Part shown: positions 20,710 to 31,225 of the stretch, one piece after another
How positions within the stretch are numbered: position 1 is the stretch's first letter
Layout: each line of letters opens with the position of its first letter
NCBI GenBank assembly: GCA_963843145.1
Contig: CAWJJC010000017.1
Location: 64,001-128,000, forward strand
DNA: 64,000 nucleotides
From: an uncultured delta proteobacterium
GTDB taxonomy: Bacteria > Desulfobacterota > RBG-13-43-22
Direction of reading: 5' to 3'
Notes under the pieces: generated by a model
Seen by the model: only the letters and a program-made list of their open reading frames with translations
What the model was told of the DNA's origin: nothing
Databases searched by the model: none
Program-made: the position numbers and the translations under genes

Positions 20710-22400
20710 TTCAGTTTCTCCTCAATCCTGGCCCAGGTATCCCTCAGGGTGGCCGTGCGGTTAAACACCGGTTTCCCCGGAGTGGAATCCCGTCCGTCCA
20801 GGCAGAAGTACCCCAGCCTTTCAAACTGGTAGTGATTTCCTGTCTGGGCTCCTTGTAACTCGGGCTCAACCCAGCAGGAGTCTAAAACCTCCAGCGATTG
20901 CGGGTTCAGGGAAGCCTTGAAATCGCCCCCATCTTTCGCTTCTCCAGGGTTCGGCTTGAGGAAGAGGCGATCATAGAGCCGCACTTCCGCCTGGAATGCC
21001 TGGGAGGCCGAAACCCAATGCAGGGTGGCCTTCACCTTGCGGCCATCGGGCGCGTCCCCGCCCCGGGTGGCTGGATCGTAGGTGCAACGCAACTCGATTA
21101 CCTCTCCTGTTTTCTCATCACGCACCACCTCTTGGCAGGTGATAAAATAGGCGTAACGAAGACGGACTTCCCGGCCTGGGGCCAGGCGGTAAAACTGCTT
21201 GGGAGGGTCTTCCCGGAAGTCGTCCCGTTCGATATAGATTTCCTTAGAGAAAGGCACTTTGCGGTTCCCCATGGACGGGTCTTCGGGGTTATTGACGGCT
21301 TCCAATTCCTCCACCCGGTTTTCCGGATAATTGGTCAGCACCACCTTGAGGGGCCGCAGCACGGCCATGACCCGGGGGGCCCTTTTATTCAGATCTTCCC
21401 GCAAACAGTGTTCCAGTAGGGCCACGTCCACCAGGCTGTCTCGCCGGGCCACCCCGATGCGGTTGCAAAAATCTCGAATCGCCTCCGGGGTGTACCCCCG
21501 ACGGCGCAGGCCGGAAAGGGTAGGCATCCGGGGGTCATCCCAGCCGCTGACCAAACCCTCCTCCACCAGTTGCAGGAGCTTTCGCTTGCTCATCACCGTG
21601 TAGCTGAGGTTCAGCCGGGCGAATTCGATCTGCTGGGGATGATAAATCTCCAGTTCATCCAGAAACCAGTCGTAAAGCGGCCGATGGTCTTCAAACTCCA
21701 GGGTGCAAATGGAATGGGTGATCTTTTCCAGGGAATCGCAGAGGCCGTGGGTGAAATCGTACATGGGATAGAGGCACCACCTTGGGCCGGTGCGATGGTG
21801 CTCGGCGTGCATGATCCGGTACATTACCGGGTCGCGCAGATTCAAATTGGGAGAGGCCATGTCAATTTTCGCCCGCAGGGTCCGGGACCCGTCGGGGAAT
21901 TCCCCGGCCCGCATCCGGGTGAAGAGGTCCAGGTTTTCCTCGACCGAACGGTCTCGAAAAGGGCTGTCCTTTCCGGGTTCGGTCAGGGTCCCCCGGTATC
22001 GCCTAACCTCTTCCGCGGTCAGGTCGCAAACGTAGGCCTTGCCCTTTTTTATAAGTTGGACGGCGAAATCGTAGAGTTGTTCAAAATAATCAGAGGCGTA
22101 ATAGAGGCGGTCGTCCCAGCCGAAACCCAGCCAGCGCACATCTTCCTGAATGGATTCCACATATTCCACCTCCTCCTTACTCGGATTGGTGTCGTCGAAG
22201 CGAAGGTTGCAGAGGCCCCGATAGTCGGCCGCGATGCCGAAATTGATGCAAATCGACTTGGCGTGGCCGATGTGGAGGTAGCCGTTGGGTTCAGGCGGGA
22301 AACGGGTATGAACCCGGCCGCCGTATTTGTTGGTTTCCAAATCATCGTTAATGATGGAACGGATGAAATCCGTTCCCAGTTCTGCAGGGTTCTCTTTCAT
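20679..22400 (-). CDS. glnS: glutamine--tRNA ligase
   Basis: [54 protein letters not shown]. Confidence 0.98.
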   Translation of the reverse strand: MKENPAELGTDFIRSIINDDLETNKYGGRVHTRFPPEPNGYLHIGHAKSICINFGIAADYRGLCNLRFDDTNPSKEEVEYVESIQEDVRWLGFGWDDRLYYASDYFEQLYDFAVQLIKKGKAYVCDLTAEEVRRYRGTLTEPGKDSPFRDRSVEENLDLFTRMRAGEFPDGSRTLRAKIDMASPNLNLRDPVMYRIMHAEHHRTGPRWCLYPMYDFTHGLCDSLEKITHSICTLEFEDHRPLYDWFLDELEIYHPQQIEFARLNLSYTVMSKRKLLQLVEEGLVSGWDDPRMPTLSGLRRRGYTPEAIRDFCNRIGVARRDSLVDVALLEHCLREDLNKRAPRVMAVLRPLKVVLTNYPENRVEELEAVNNPEDPSMGNRKVPFSKEIYIERDDFREDPPKQFYRLAPGREVRLRYAYFITCQEVVRDEKTGEVIELRCTYDPATRGGDAPDGRKVKATLHWVSASQAFQAEVRLYDRLFLKPNPGEAKDGGDFKASLNPQSLEVLDSCWVEPELQGAQTGNHYQFERLGYFCLDGRDSTPGKPVFNRTATLRDTWARIEEKLKTDSQKVRRA

Positions 22401-22583
22401 AGGGTCTGGTCCTTAAACGGCAATTAGTATTTGAATAGTTTTCTTAATCAGTCCTAATCATATTTTCTTTTGGCCGAGATTCCAAGTTGATTTTTTTCCG
22501 GAGGTGGGTTAAATTCACCTTAACCGGATTCTCGCCGAAGGCCAAATAAATAATATATAAGATCGGAATAGAAAAATAAACCT

Positions 22584-23726
22584 ATGAAACGCGCTTTAAT
22601 TACCGGGGTTACCGGGCAGGACGGATCCTATTTAACCGAGCTATTGCTGGAAAAAGGCTACGAAGTTCATGGCATCCTGCGCCGCAGCAGTTCCTTCAAC
22701 ACCGCTCGCATCGACCATCTGTACAGTGATGCCGGTATCTTCGACAAAACCTTTATCACCCATTACGGGGACCTGACCGATTCCAGCAACCTGAACCGGA
22801 TACTGGAACGGGTCCAACCCGATGAGATTTATAACCTGGCCGCCCAAAGCCATGTCCGGGTTTCTTTTGAGGTCCCGGAGTACACGGCCGAGGTGGACGC
22901 CATCGGAACACTGCGTTTTCTGGATGCCATCAAGAACACGGGCATCAAGACCCGATTTTACCAGGCCTCCACCAGCGAACTGTACGGGAAGGTGCGGGAA
23001 ATCCCCCAGAACGAATCCACTCCTTTCTACCCCCGCTCCCCTTATGGAGTCGCCAAGATTTATGGCTTCTGGATTGTGGTCAACTATCGGGAGGCTTATA
23101 ACCTTTATGCCTGCAATGGCATCCTCTTCAACCACGAATCCCCTCGCCGGGGGGAAACCTTCGTGACCCGTAAGATCACCCGAGCCGCAGCCCGGATCCG
23201 GTTGGGTGTCCAGCAGGAGATGACCTTAGGCAACCTGGAAGCCAAGCGGGACTGGGGGTACGCCCCGGAATATGTGGAAGCCATGTGGAGGATGCTTCAG
23301 CAGGACCAGCCCGATGACTTTGTCATTGCCACCGGAGAAACCCATTCGGTCCGGGAGTTCGTCGAGGCGGCCTTCCGGACCGTCGGCCTGGAGATTGAAT
23401 GGCGGGGCTCAGGGGTCGACGAAGTGGGGATCCTGGCGGGAATTAGTTCGGTACCCCTGGAGGCCGAACGGGACAGCCGGTCAAACGGTCCCAACGGACA
23501 TCGGGAACCGGCGATCCCCTTGGAACGGGCCCAACCGCCGGAGGTTGGTTCGGTCCTGCTGCGGATTGATCCGGTCTATTATCGCCCCACTGAAGTGGAT
23601 ATTCTGATTGGCGATCCGGCCAAAGCCAAGAACAAACTGGACTGGGAGGCCAAGGTAAAATTCGATCAGTTGGCTCGGATGATGGCCCGGGCCGATCTGG
23701 AAAAGGTCAGCCAGCGGGGATATTAG
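22584..23726 (+). CDS. gmd: GDP-mannose 4,6-dehydratase
   Basis: [58 protein letters not shown]. Confidence 0.96.
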   Translation: MKRALITGVTGQDGSYLTELLLEKGYEVHGILRRSSSFNTARIDHLYSDAGIFDKTFITHYGDLTDSSNLNRILERVQPDEIYNLAAQSHVRVSFEVPEYTAEVDAIGTLRFLDAIKNTGIKTRFYQASTSELYGKVREIPQNESTPFYPRSPYGVAKIYGFWIVVNYREAYNLYACNGILFNHESPRRGETFVTRKITRAAARIRLGVQQEMTLGNLEAKRDWGYAPEYVEAMWRMLQQDQPDDFVIATGETHSVREFVEAAFRTVGLEIEWRGSGVDEVGILAGISSVPLEAERDSRSNGPNGHREPAIPLERAQPPEVGSVLLRIDPVYYRPTEVDILIGDPAKAKNKLDWEAKVKFDQLARMMARADLEKVSQRGY

Positions 23727-23729
23727 ACA

Positions 23730-23803
23730 AGAGGGGAGAAGGAAGATGGAAGCGGGAAGATGGGAGAAAAAGCGCAAGGCCTCATTATTCGCTGGGTGGG
23801 GAC
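23730..23803 (+). repeat. GGAAGAT-heptamer direct repeat, copy 1
   Basis: ggaagatggaagcgggaagatgggagaaaa...tcgctgggtgg; related copy at 25824-25894. Confidence 0.6.
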
Positions 23804-23891
23804 TTTTCGTATGGGTATCCGGCCGGCCGTCCTTTGAAAACCCTGTCGAAAGGCTCAAGCAAACCAGTCACCAGTACCGAGGCGTTTTATC

Positions 23892-24581
23892 ATGAAAATT
23901 CAGAAGAAATGGCTTGCCGGGTGGCCCCTGATCCTGCTCTGGGTTTGGGCCGGGATTGTTTGGGCCGGCAACGTTCAAATGCAGGTTCCCGAACCCCGTT
24001 TCGATTTTGGGGAATTGGGTGAAGGCGAAACCGTCAGTCATGATTTTAAAATATTGAATATCGGCGCCGAGGCCCTGCAAATTAAAGATGTCCGCCCCGG
24101 CTGAGGCTGCGCCGTGACCCGGTTTGACCGGGTCATCCCGCCGGGTGGCGAGGGAAAAGTTACCTTAAACGTCAATCTCAGGGGGTTTCAAGGGAAGGTC
24201 TGGAAGGAGGCCACCATTATCAGCAATGACCTCCAGCAGCCTTCTTTCCAGATCGTGCTTCAAGGCAAAGTCCGACCGTATATCGAGCTGCGCCCGGGTC
24301 CCTCCGTTCAATTCTCTCCGGCCGCCCCAGACGCTGATGAAAAAACCATCGACCTGCTGGCGACCGGTCAGGATTTTAAGGTGTTAAAAGTTGAAAATAA
24401 TTTAAAAGAAAAAATCGGCGCCCAATTGGAAACCATCGTCCCGGGCAGTCATTACCGACTCAAGATCACCAATCTTCAGCGGGAGGGGTCTTATTCCGGC
24501 GTCATCAAGTGTTTGACCGATCACCCCCAAAAACCGGAAGTCCTGATACGGATCAGCGCCCGATTCCCTCCAGCAAAATAA
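23892..24581 (+). CDS. exported DUF1573-domain protein, putative selenoprotein (UGA at 24102-24104, PG-U-GC)
   Basis: Two in-frame ORFs joined by one TGA: DVRPG*GCAVTRFDRVIPPGGEGKV; signal peptide; FDFG...HDFKILNIG...LQI DUF1573 pattern; hairpin right after UGA. Confidence 0.85.
24115..24135 (+). promoter_or_regulatory. putative bacterial SECIS hairpin
   Basis: TGACCCGGT-TTG-ACCGGGTCA perfect 9-bp stem; G-containing loop 19 nt after the UGA. Confidence 0.65.
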
Positions 24582-25808
24582 ATGCACATCCTTAACTTGA
24601 CCCATCTCTTCCATCCGGCCCATGGCGGGACAGAGATGGCCCTGCTCGAACTTTCGCGGGAGCTGGTGAAAAGGGATCATCGGGTCACTGTGCTCACTTC
24701 CAATCAACTGGGCTTGGAAGATTTTCAGCGTCCCCAAATTCATCCCTCCCTCCCGGAAGAAGAAACCTGGGAAGGGATTCGGATCATCCGGGTTCGTCTC
24801 CCCCCTCTTCAGCGCCTCCTTTTAGCCAAACTGGGAGCCCTCTCCTTGCGTAGTCGATTGCCGGGCGGGGATAGGCTCTGGTACAGGACCCAGGTGCCCC
24901 ACCTTCCCCAAATGATCCCGCAGGCGAGAAAGCTGAACCCGGATATCCTCTATGCCGTGCCCTTCCCCACCGCCACCCCCTACTATGCCTGGCAGGTGGC
25001 CAGCTATTTAGGCTGCCCCTGGGTAATACAGCCCCATATTCACGAATCCCAGATGAACGAATCCCTGCTGAAGATTCTGAAATGGATCTTTCCCAAGGCC
25101 TCGGCCGTTCTGACCAATACGGAGCCGGAAAAAAAATTCCTGATTTCCCAGGGGATCAAGCCCTCAAGAATCCAAGTTTTTGGACAGGGTCTCTCCGCAG
25201 AGGCTTTGATCCCCGGTGACGGCCAGGCCTTCCGCCGCCGCCAGGGCTGGACCGACGAACCATTGATCGTTTTTCTAGGACGGAAGGTGGAGGGGAAGGG
25301 GATCGACACCCTGCTTTCGGTTATGCCGCGGGTCTGGGACGAAACCCCGCAGGCGGTTCTCCTTTTAGCCGGTCAAACGAGTCCCTATTTTAGGGACCTG
25401 ATGGACCGGCTGCCGGCGGGACGCGATGCCCGCCTTCGGTCTCTGGATAATTTCCCGGAGAAAGAAAAGATCGACCTCCTGGCAGCCGCCGACCTTCTGG
25501 CCCTGCCTTCAGCGGTGGAGAGCTTCGGGGTGGTTTTTCTGGAGGCCTGGGCCCAAAAAAAGCCGGTGATCGGAGCGAATATTCCGGCCGTGGCAGCCCT
25601 GGTGGAAGATGGGAAAGATGGGTATCTGGTGCCCTTCGACGATCCGTCGGCCCTGGCCCAGGCCATGCTCAAGCTATTGAAAGATCCCGATCAACGCCGG
25701 CAAATGGGCGAGGCCGGCGGAGCCAAAGTCCGGGAACGTTTTGAGGTCGGAAAAGTGGCGGAAAAGATGGAGACCCTTTTTCTGGAACTGATAGAAGATG
25801 CCAAGTAA
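24582..25808 (+). CDS. glycosyltransferase family 4
   Basis: HGGTE, FLGRKVEGKG, LPSAVESFGVVFLEAWA. Confidence 0.9.
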   Translation: MHILNLTHLFHPAHGGTEMALLELSRELVKRDHRVTVLTSNQLGLEDFQRPQIHPSLPEEETWEGIRIIRVRLPPLQRLLLAKLGALSLRSRLPGGDRLWYRTQVPHLPQMIPQARKLNPDILYAVPFPTATPYYAWQVASYLGCPWVIQPHIHESQMNESLLKILKWIFPKASAVLTNTEPEKKFLISQGIKPSRIQVFGQGLSAEALIPGDGQAFRRRQGWTDEPLIVFLGRKVEGKGIDTLLSVMPRVWDETPQAVLLLAGQTSPYFRDLMDRLPAGRDARLRSLDNFPEKEKIDLLAAADLLALPSAVESFGVVFLEAWAQKKPVIGANIPAVAALVEDGKDGYLVPFDDPSALAQAMLKLLKDPDQRRQMGEAGGAKVRERFEVGKVAEKMETLFLELIEDAK

Positions 25809-25823
25809 CAAATGCTTGGACCT

Positions 25824-25894
25824 GGGGTGAGAGATGGAAGAGGGAAGATAGAAGATGGAAGAAAAGAGAAAGCTCCTGATCGCTGGGTGGACAG
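25824..25894 (+). repeat. GGAAGAT-heptamer direct repeat, copy 2
   Basis: gagatggaagagggaagatagaagatggaagaaaa...tcgctgggtgg. Confidence 0.6.
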
Positions 25895-25946
25895 TAGCTT
25901 ATTGAACGTTCCCTAGGTCGGCAAGCCAAAGGGAAGAACTATATTA

Positions 25947-26101
25947 CCGAATATCCAATGTCCAACAAGGAATGTCCAATCATGAAGGAAAACGCCTTCG
26001 ATTTGCAGGACCGCAGCGATTGCGGGAAGCCAGGCCGGCAAACCTAGCTTCTCGCAATGATTGAGCGAACCTGAATCCCTTCTTGGATATTGGATATTCA
26101 A
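25947..26101. repeat. AATATCC/AATGTCC heptamer inverted repeat with inner REP-like piece
   Basis: gaatatccaatgtccaacaaggaatgtccaat ... ttggatattggatattc; inner gattgc...ctcgcaatga; related to 42897-42978. Confidence 0.6.
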
Positions 26102-26177
26102 ATGAAACGGGACCGGACGGAAAGTACTTTCAATACGAACAAGTTATACCTGCGCATGCCCAAAGGTTAATCAAACC

Positions 26178-27050
26178 ATGAGCAACCAAGGCCCACATTC
26201 CGTTTCCGTCGTTATCTGCACCCTCAACCGGGAGGAGTCCCTGCTCCATGTCCTTCGTCTGTTGAAGGACCAGACGGTCCGGCCCTTGGAAATTCTGGTG
26301 GTGGACCAAAGCACGCGATCCTTCCCCAAAGTAATGGCCTATCTCCAAGGAGAGGGTCAGGACATTCGGCATCTGACCCTATCGCCTCCTTCCACTACGG
26401 CCGCTCGTAATCTGGCCATCCGGGAGACCCAAGGCGAAATCGTGCTTTTCCTCGATGACGACGTCCTTTTTCAGCCCGACCTGATCCGGCATCATCTGGA
26501 AAATTATGAAGATCCTTCCATCGGAGCCGTGAATGGCCGGATCATGTACGAAGGGGCCGAGGAAAACAACGAACCCTGGGCGGCCTGCCTGACCCGCACC
26601 GGGGCTTACCTCCGGAACTTCACCACCAACCAGCGCTGTGAGCTGCCCACCCTGTACGGTTGCAATATGTCCATCCGCCAAAAGGTCTTGCAAGAGGTCG
26701 GGGATTTCGATTTGAACTATTGGGGAAATTTCTTGTGGGAGGAAGTGGATTACGCCCTGCAAATCCGCCGTAAAGGCTACCGGATTCAATACGAACCCCG
26801 GGCCTCGGTCTTTCATGTGATGGTCAAGCAGGGAGGCAGCCGAAACCCCTTGCCTAACACGTACCAGGAAAGCACCATCTTCAATGACTGGTATTTCTTC
26901 TTTAAATATATCTCTTGGGGCTACTGGCCCTTCCTCTTCTACCGGCAGAAAAGGGTCTGGTGGAATTACGGACGACGTAACCGGATGAATATCCTGCCTC
27001 TATTCAAACAAATCCAAAAAGCTTGGCGAAAATCACCTGCCCCCCAATGA
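26178..27050 (+). CDS. glycosyltransferase family 2
   Basis: VSVVICTLNR, ILVVDQS, ARNLAI, LFLDDD, GCNMSIR. Confidence 0.9.
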   Translation: MSNQGPHSVSVVICTLNREESLLHVLRLLKDQTVRPLEILVVDQSTRSFPKVMAYLQGEGQDIRHLTLSPPSTTAARNLAIRETQGEIVLFLDDDVLFQPDLIRHHLENYEDPSIGAVNGRIMYEGAEENNEPWAACLTRTGAYLRNFTTNQRCELPTLYGCNMSIRQKVLQEVGDFDLNYWGNFLWEEVDYALQIRRKGYRIQYEPRASVFHVMVKQGGSRNPLPNTYQESTIFNDWYFFFKYISWGYWPFLFYRQKRVWWNYGRRNRMNILPLFKQIQKAWRKSPAPQ

Positions 27051-27095
27051 TACGCACGCAAAAAGTCTGAAAATAATTATCGGCGGGGGCGGGGC

Positions 27096-28310
27096 TTATT
27101 CATCCGCGCCCTGTGGATGGCCTTTTGGCGAACCCCTCAGTAACTCCTCAAATAATATCAGATGGGCCTTAGCGGCTGATCGGTAAGAAAATTGAGATAC
27201 CTGCCCCTGACCGGCCAGTCCTAACTGTCTCCTCCGTTCGGGAGAAACCAAAAGTCGATCGACGGCTCGAGTCAAATCTTCCACAGTATTTCTTTCCAGC
27301 ACGATCCCCTGGTCCCCAACCAATTCCGGCATGGCCCCCAAAGGGGTGCAGACCACCGGCTTACCGGAAAGCATTCCCTCCAGCAGGAAAATGCCCCAGC
27401 CTTCTTCCTCTTGGGAGGCCAGGACCGTGATATCCGCCGCGTAGTGATACCAGGGTACCTCATCCCGGGGTACCACGCCGTCATATCGAAAAAAATCCTT
27501 TAACCGGTTTTCGGACAAAAAAAGGCGGACCTGTTCCTGAGTCTGTCGGTCGGTTACCCCGGTGGACATGACCAAAAGCTGCGGGAAACGGTCCTTTAGG
27601 TTTTTGACGGCCTGGAGGACCTGGAGGATGCCTTTGTTGAGCCGCAGAGGGCTGGTGTAGACCACCAGCCGGCCGGCAAGGCCCAGCTTCTGCTTGGCCT
27701 CCTCCGGGTCGAGGCGAGGCCAGTCCGCGGTTTCCGCGCCTACGGGGATGACCCGGACCCGATCCGGCTGAAAACCGCGGCGGAGGAGACGATCCCGCCA
27801 GTATTGGGAAACGGTGACCACGGTGAACTTTTTGGCCAAGTGGTCTCCCCAGGAATGATATATGGTCTGAAAAGGCTTGCGGTAGGTATCGGCGGTAAAG
27901 AGAAACCGGGACCAAGGAGCTTGCCGGAAGAGGTGAAAGACGGCGGCCACCGATGCCCGGGGAGGGAAAGGGCCGGAATGACAGAGATGGTTGACGATAT
28001 TTGAGGGGCCCCCGACGGAGTAGAGGATATCGTAGGGTTCCCGCACCAGTTTACGTAATTCCCCGACGGCAGCCCACTTGGCCTGGAGAAAGGAGAGCCG
28101 CCTCCCCTTATCGGGTGAACGGCCAAAGGTGAAGTCGACCGAACGGGAAATCTCCCGTAACCCCGAATCCCAGACGACATCCCGGGGCGGCACCAGCGTG
28201 ATAAGGGATACCTCCACCCCCAGACGCACCAATTCCTGAGCCACCCGGGCGACATATAGATTGCCGCCGGTGGCCAGACCCAAACGGTCTCCGAGGAAAG
28301 CGACTTTCAA
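27096..28310 (-). CDS. glycosyltransferase family 4
   Basis: LATGG, NKGI, EEGWGIFLLEGMLSGKPVV; TTG start. Confidence 0.85.
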   Translation of the reverse strand: MKVAFLGDRLGLATGGNLYVARVAQELVRLGVEVSLITLVPPRDVVWDSGLREISRSVDFTFGRSPDKGRRLSFLQAKWAAVGELRKLVREPYDILYSVGGPSNIVNHLCHSGPFPPRASVAAVFHLFRQAPWSRFLFTADTYRKPFQTIYHSWGDHLAKKFTVVTVSQYWRDRLLRRGFQPDRVRVIPVGAETADWPRLDPEEAKQKLGLAGRLVVYTSPLRLNKGILQVLQAVKNLKDRFPQLLVMSTGVTDRQTQEQVRLFLSENRLKDFFRYDGVVPRDEVPWYHYAADITVLASQEEEGWGIFLLEGMLSGKPVVCTPLGAMPELVGDQGIVLERNTVEDLTRAVDRLLVSPERRRQLGLAGQGQVSQFSYRSAAKAHLILFEELLRGSPKGHPQGADE

Positions 28311-28322
28311 GGTCCACCCACT

Positions 28323-28524
28323 TAAATCCGAAATCCGAAACCCGAAACCCGAAACAAATCCAAATCATCAAAATTCAAAACATTACCTCCTCAGGGACGC
28401 GAGATTCGAAGTATCCGAATTAACCCACCGCCCCTCCCAGCGAGGGAGGGGAAATCGTTTTGGTCATTTGCATTTTGGAATTTTGAATTTGTTTCGAATT
28501 TCGGATTTCGAGCTTCGAGTTTAA
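28323..28524. repeat. heptamer inverted repeat with inner CCCCTCCC/GGGAGGGG hairpin
   Basis: aaatccgaaatccgaaacccgaaacccgaaacaaat... paired with ...atttgtttcgaatttcggatttcgagcttcgagttt. Confidence 0.8.
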
Positions 28525-28556
28525 CCTGTGAAAATTTAACAGGATCATTGGCTATT

Positions 28557-29693
28557 TTATTCAATACCGGCGACTGCTTCAAAGACCGCCAGCGTCTTTC
28601 GGGCGCTATCCTCCCAGGAAAATTGCCTCGCTCGCTCCAGTCCGGCCTCTCGGAGTCGTTCTTTGAGTCCCGCCTCCTCGACCAGGCGGAGAATGGCCTG
28701 GGATATTTCTTCCGGGCTGGAGGGATCGACCAGCAACCCGGCTTGGCCCACTACTTCGGGCAGAGCACTGACCCGGGAGGCGATCACCGGGCAGCCGGAC
28801 TGCAACGCTTCCAGCAGGGGCATTCCGAAGCCCTCGTACCAACTGGGATAGACGAAAAAATCGGCGGCATTGTAAAAAAGGACCCGTTCTTCATCGGATA
28901 CATAGCCGGTCCAGCGGACCCGTTCTTCCAGACCGAGGGTCTTAATAGCCTCAAAGATTCCCTCCCATTTCCAGCCTTTCTGGCCCACCAGGACCAGGGA
29001 ATGAGGAACCCGCTCTTTCAACGGGGCAAAGGCCCGCAATAAGGTCATCAGGTTTTTACGGGGTTCCAGGGTTCCCAGGAAGAGGATGAAAGGCTGGTCC
29101 AACCCATACTTCCGGAGAAGACCGGCAAAAGCCGAAGGGTCGCTGATCGGCCGAAATTGAGGGTCAGCCCCGTGATGGGTGACGGTGATTCTTTCAACCG
29201 GGACCTTGAATAAGCGGATCAGGTCGTCGCGGGTGGATTCGGAAACGGTGATCAAATGATGGTAGTTGCGGAGCATGGCCGGGTAGGCCCAACGATCCAG
29301 CAGCTTCTGTACCGGGTTAAAGACGAAGAAGCCTGGAAAGAGATAGCGGACCAGATCATGAACCACCATGACCCCTTTGACGCCCGAAGGAATCCGCGCC
29401 GGACCGTAAAGGCCGGGAGAAAAAACCAGGTCAAATTGGGGCAAGACTTTTGGGACTTCCAGCAGATTCCAGCGGCTGACGGAAAGGGGTCCGGCAGGGA
29501 GAGGGAGGTTCACCTGTCCGAACTGCTCCCGAAAGGCGTTGGACTGCAGCCGATGATCGATCAGGGTATAGCGATGGTGCGGGGCCAGCCTTTTCATGGT
29601 CAGCAAGACCTGGTGCAGGTAATGGTCCATGCCGACTTTTTGCTCGCTGATTCCGCCGTAGATGACGCCGATATTCAAGGACCTGTGTTTCAT
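28557..29693 (-). CDS. glycosyltransferase family 4 (mannosyl/rhamnosyltransferase-like)
   Basis: VHDL, TVSEST, FLGTLEPRKN, YPSWYEGFGMPLLEA, FSWE. Confidence 0.92.
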   Translation of the reverse strand: MKHRSLNIGVIYGGISEQKVGMDHYLHQVLLTMKRLAPHHRYTLIDHRLQSNAFREQFGQVNLPLPAGPLSVSRWNLLEVPKVLPQFDLVFSPGLYGPARIPSGVKGVMVVHDLVRYLFPGFFVFNPVQKLLDRWAYPAMLRNYHHLITVSESTRDDLIRLFKVPVERITVTHHGADPQFRPISDPSAFAGLLRKYGLDQPFILFLGTLEPRKNLMTLLRAFAPLKERVPHSLVLVGQKGWKWEGIFEAIKTLGLEERVRWTGYVSDEERVLFYNAADFFVYPSWYEGFGMPLLEALQSGCPVIASRVSALPEVVGQAGLLVDPSSPEEISQAILRLVEEAGLKERLREAGLERARQFSWEDSARKTLAVFEAVAGIE

Positions 29694-29765
29694 TTTTTTT
29701 TAGCCGCAGACCCACACAGGCATAAACATACTATTTGTTTCTACCATTGGAGCCGAAGTGATCCT

Positions 29766-29895
29766 TAAATCCGAAATTCGAAGCACGAAATCGACTCGGC
29801 TGAGCCTTTCGGTAAACTCAAGGCCCTGAGCTTGTCGAAGGGCTCGTCGCAGGCCGAAACAAGCACGAAGGTCCAAAATCCAAATGTTCAAAACA
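29766..29895. repeat. heptamer repeat arm with doubly nested CTGAGC-core inserts
   Basis: ...gactcggctgagc[ctttcggtaaactcaaggccctgagcttgtcgaagggc]tcgtcgcaggccgaaacaagcacgaagg... Confidence 0.8.
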
Positions 29896-30075
29896 ACATC
29901 TCCTGGTGGTGGAAAGCTAATTTATTGCCCGAAGGGCCTGACGGTTAGGGGGGCGGCAAGTCGCCGCCCCCCTGTCCTGCCTTTGTCTGCGGCAAAAAAA
30001 CTTTTCCGATCAGCCAGATTAGAAGGAAGCATAGTCAGGCCGGGGCTAAAAGTCAAACCGCTTTTCCGGACAAGG

Positions 30076-30104
30076 TTGACAAGCCGGGAGGAGGTTGCTA
30101 ATCT
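30076..30104 (+). promoter_or_regulatory. sigma70 promoter of second gmd
   Basis: TTGACA, 17-nt spacer, TAATCT with an extended -10 TG. Confidence 0.55.
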
Positions 30105-30153
30105 AAGCGGGTCCTTGGCCGATTACTGCAGGGGAAAGAAAGGGATTTCATCT

Positions 30154-31116
30154 ATGCCCAAGGCTTTGATTACCGGCATATCCGGACAGGATGGCTCGTA
30201 CCTCACGGAGCTCCTTTTGGATAAAGGCTATGCCGTACACGGCATCGTCCGTCCGGCCACCCTGGAAAATCCAGAGATGCGCCTGGCCCATCTCCAGGCC
30301 CACCTGGGCCGGATCCAGCTCCACGCCGTAGAATTGAATTCCCTGACCAGCACCCTTCGCGTCCTCAGGGAAATACAACCCCAGGAGTGCTATCACCTGG
30401 CCTCGGAAAGCTATGTCAGCCCCGGCTTTGATAACCTGCGAGAAATGATGCATGCCAACCTCTATACTACCCACAACCTGCTGGAGGGCCTCCGACAAAT
30501 CAACAACGACTGCCGGATCTATTTTGCCGCCAGCAGCGAAATGTTCGGCGATGCGCCCCATTCCCCTCAGGATGAAGAGACTCCGTTTCACCCGCATTCG
30601 GCTTACGGCTTGTCCAAATTAGCGGGCTTCCACCTTGGCCGCTTTTACCGCCGCCATCATGGGCTGCACCTCTCCAATGGCATCCTCTACAATCACGAAT
30701 CGCCGCGACGAGGTCCGCAGTTTGTTACCCGCAAGGTTTCCTCTTTCGTCGCCGGGCTAAAAAAAGGCCGATCCGGTAAGCTCCATATGGGCAACCTCGA
30801 AGCCTGCCGGGATTGGGGCCATGCCCGGGACTACACCCAGGCCATGTGGCGTATGGTGCAGCAGGAGCGTCCGGATGACTACGTGATTGCCACCGGGGTC
30901 CCCCATACGGTTCGGGACCTGCTCTCGGCTGCCTTTGCTTGCATTGGAAAGGATTACCAGGACTATGTGCAGGTAGACCCGGTTTTTTTCCGGGAAAAGG
31001 AACCGGTGGATCTAATCGGCAACGCTCAAAAGGCCCATCGTCTTTTAGCCTGGCAGCCCCGGATATCCTTTGAGGAAATGATCCGCGAAATGGTCGAAGC
31101 GGACCTGGGAAGGTGA
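30154..31116 (+). CDS. gmd: GDP-mannose 4,6-dehydratase, second divergent copy
   Basis: [57 protein letters not shown]. Confidence 0.85.
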   Translation: MPKALITGISGQDGSYLTELLLDKGYAVHGIVRPATLENPEMRLAHLQAHLGRIQLHAVELNSLTSTLRVLREIQPQECYHLASESYVSPGFDNLREMMHANLYTTHNLLEGLRQINNDCRIYFAASSEMFGDAPHSPQDEETPFHPHSAYGLSKLAGFHLGRFYRRHHGLHLSNGILYNHESPRRGPQFVTRKVSSFVAGLKKGRSGKLHMGNLEACRDWGHARDYTQAMWRMVQQERPDDYVIATGVPHTVRDLLSAAFACIGKDYQDYVQVDPVFFREKEPVDLIGNAQKAHRLLAWQPRISFEEMIREMVEADLGR

Positions 31117-31132
31117 AGACCTTCTGGACTAT

Positions 31133-31224
31133 TAACTTCGAAGCACGAAACGATTTTGTTTTGATCTTTTGGATTTTGGACCTTCGTGCTTGTTTCGAAT
31201 TTCGTGCTTCGAATTTCGAATTTG
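31133..31224. repeat. heptamer repeat, 'empty' copy without insert
   Basis: Reverse complement aaattcgaaattcgaagcacgaaattcgaaacaagcacgaaggtccaaaatcc matches the 29766 copy minus its inserts. Confidence 0.8.
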
Positions 31225-31225
31225 C

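Noticed and set aside
29884-30153. 90-aa N-terminal extension of gmd2 in the ORF track
   Set aside because: It runs through a repeat, a hairpin and a promoter; homology begins at MPKALITG (30154).
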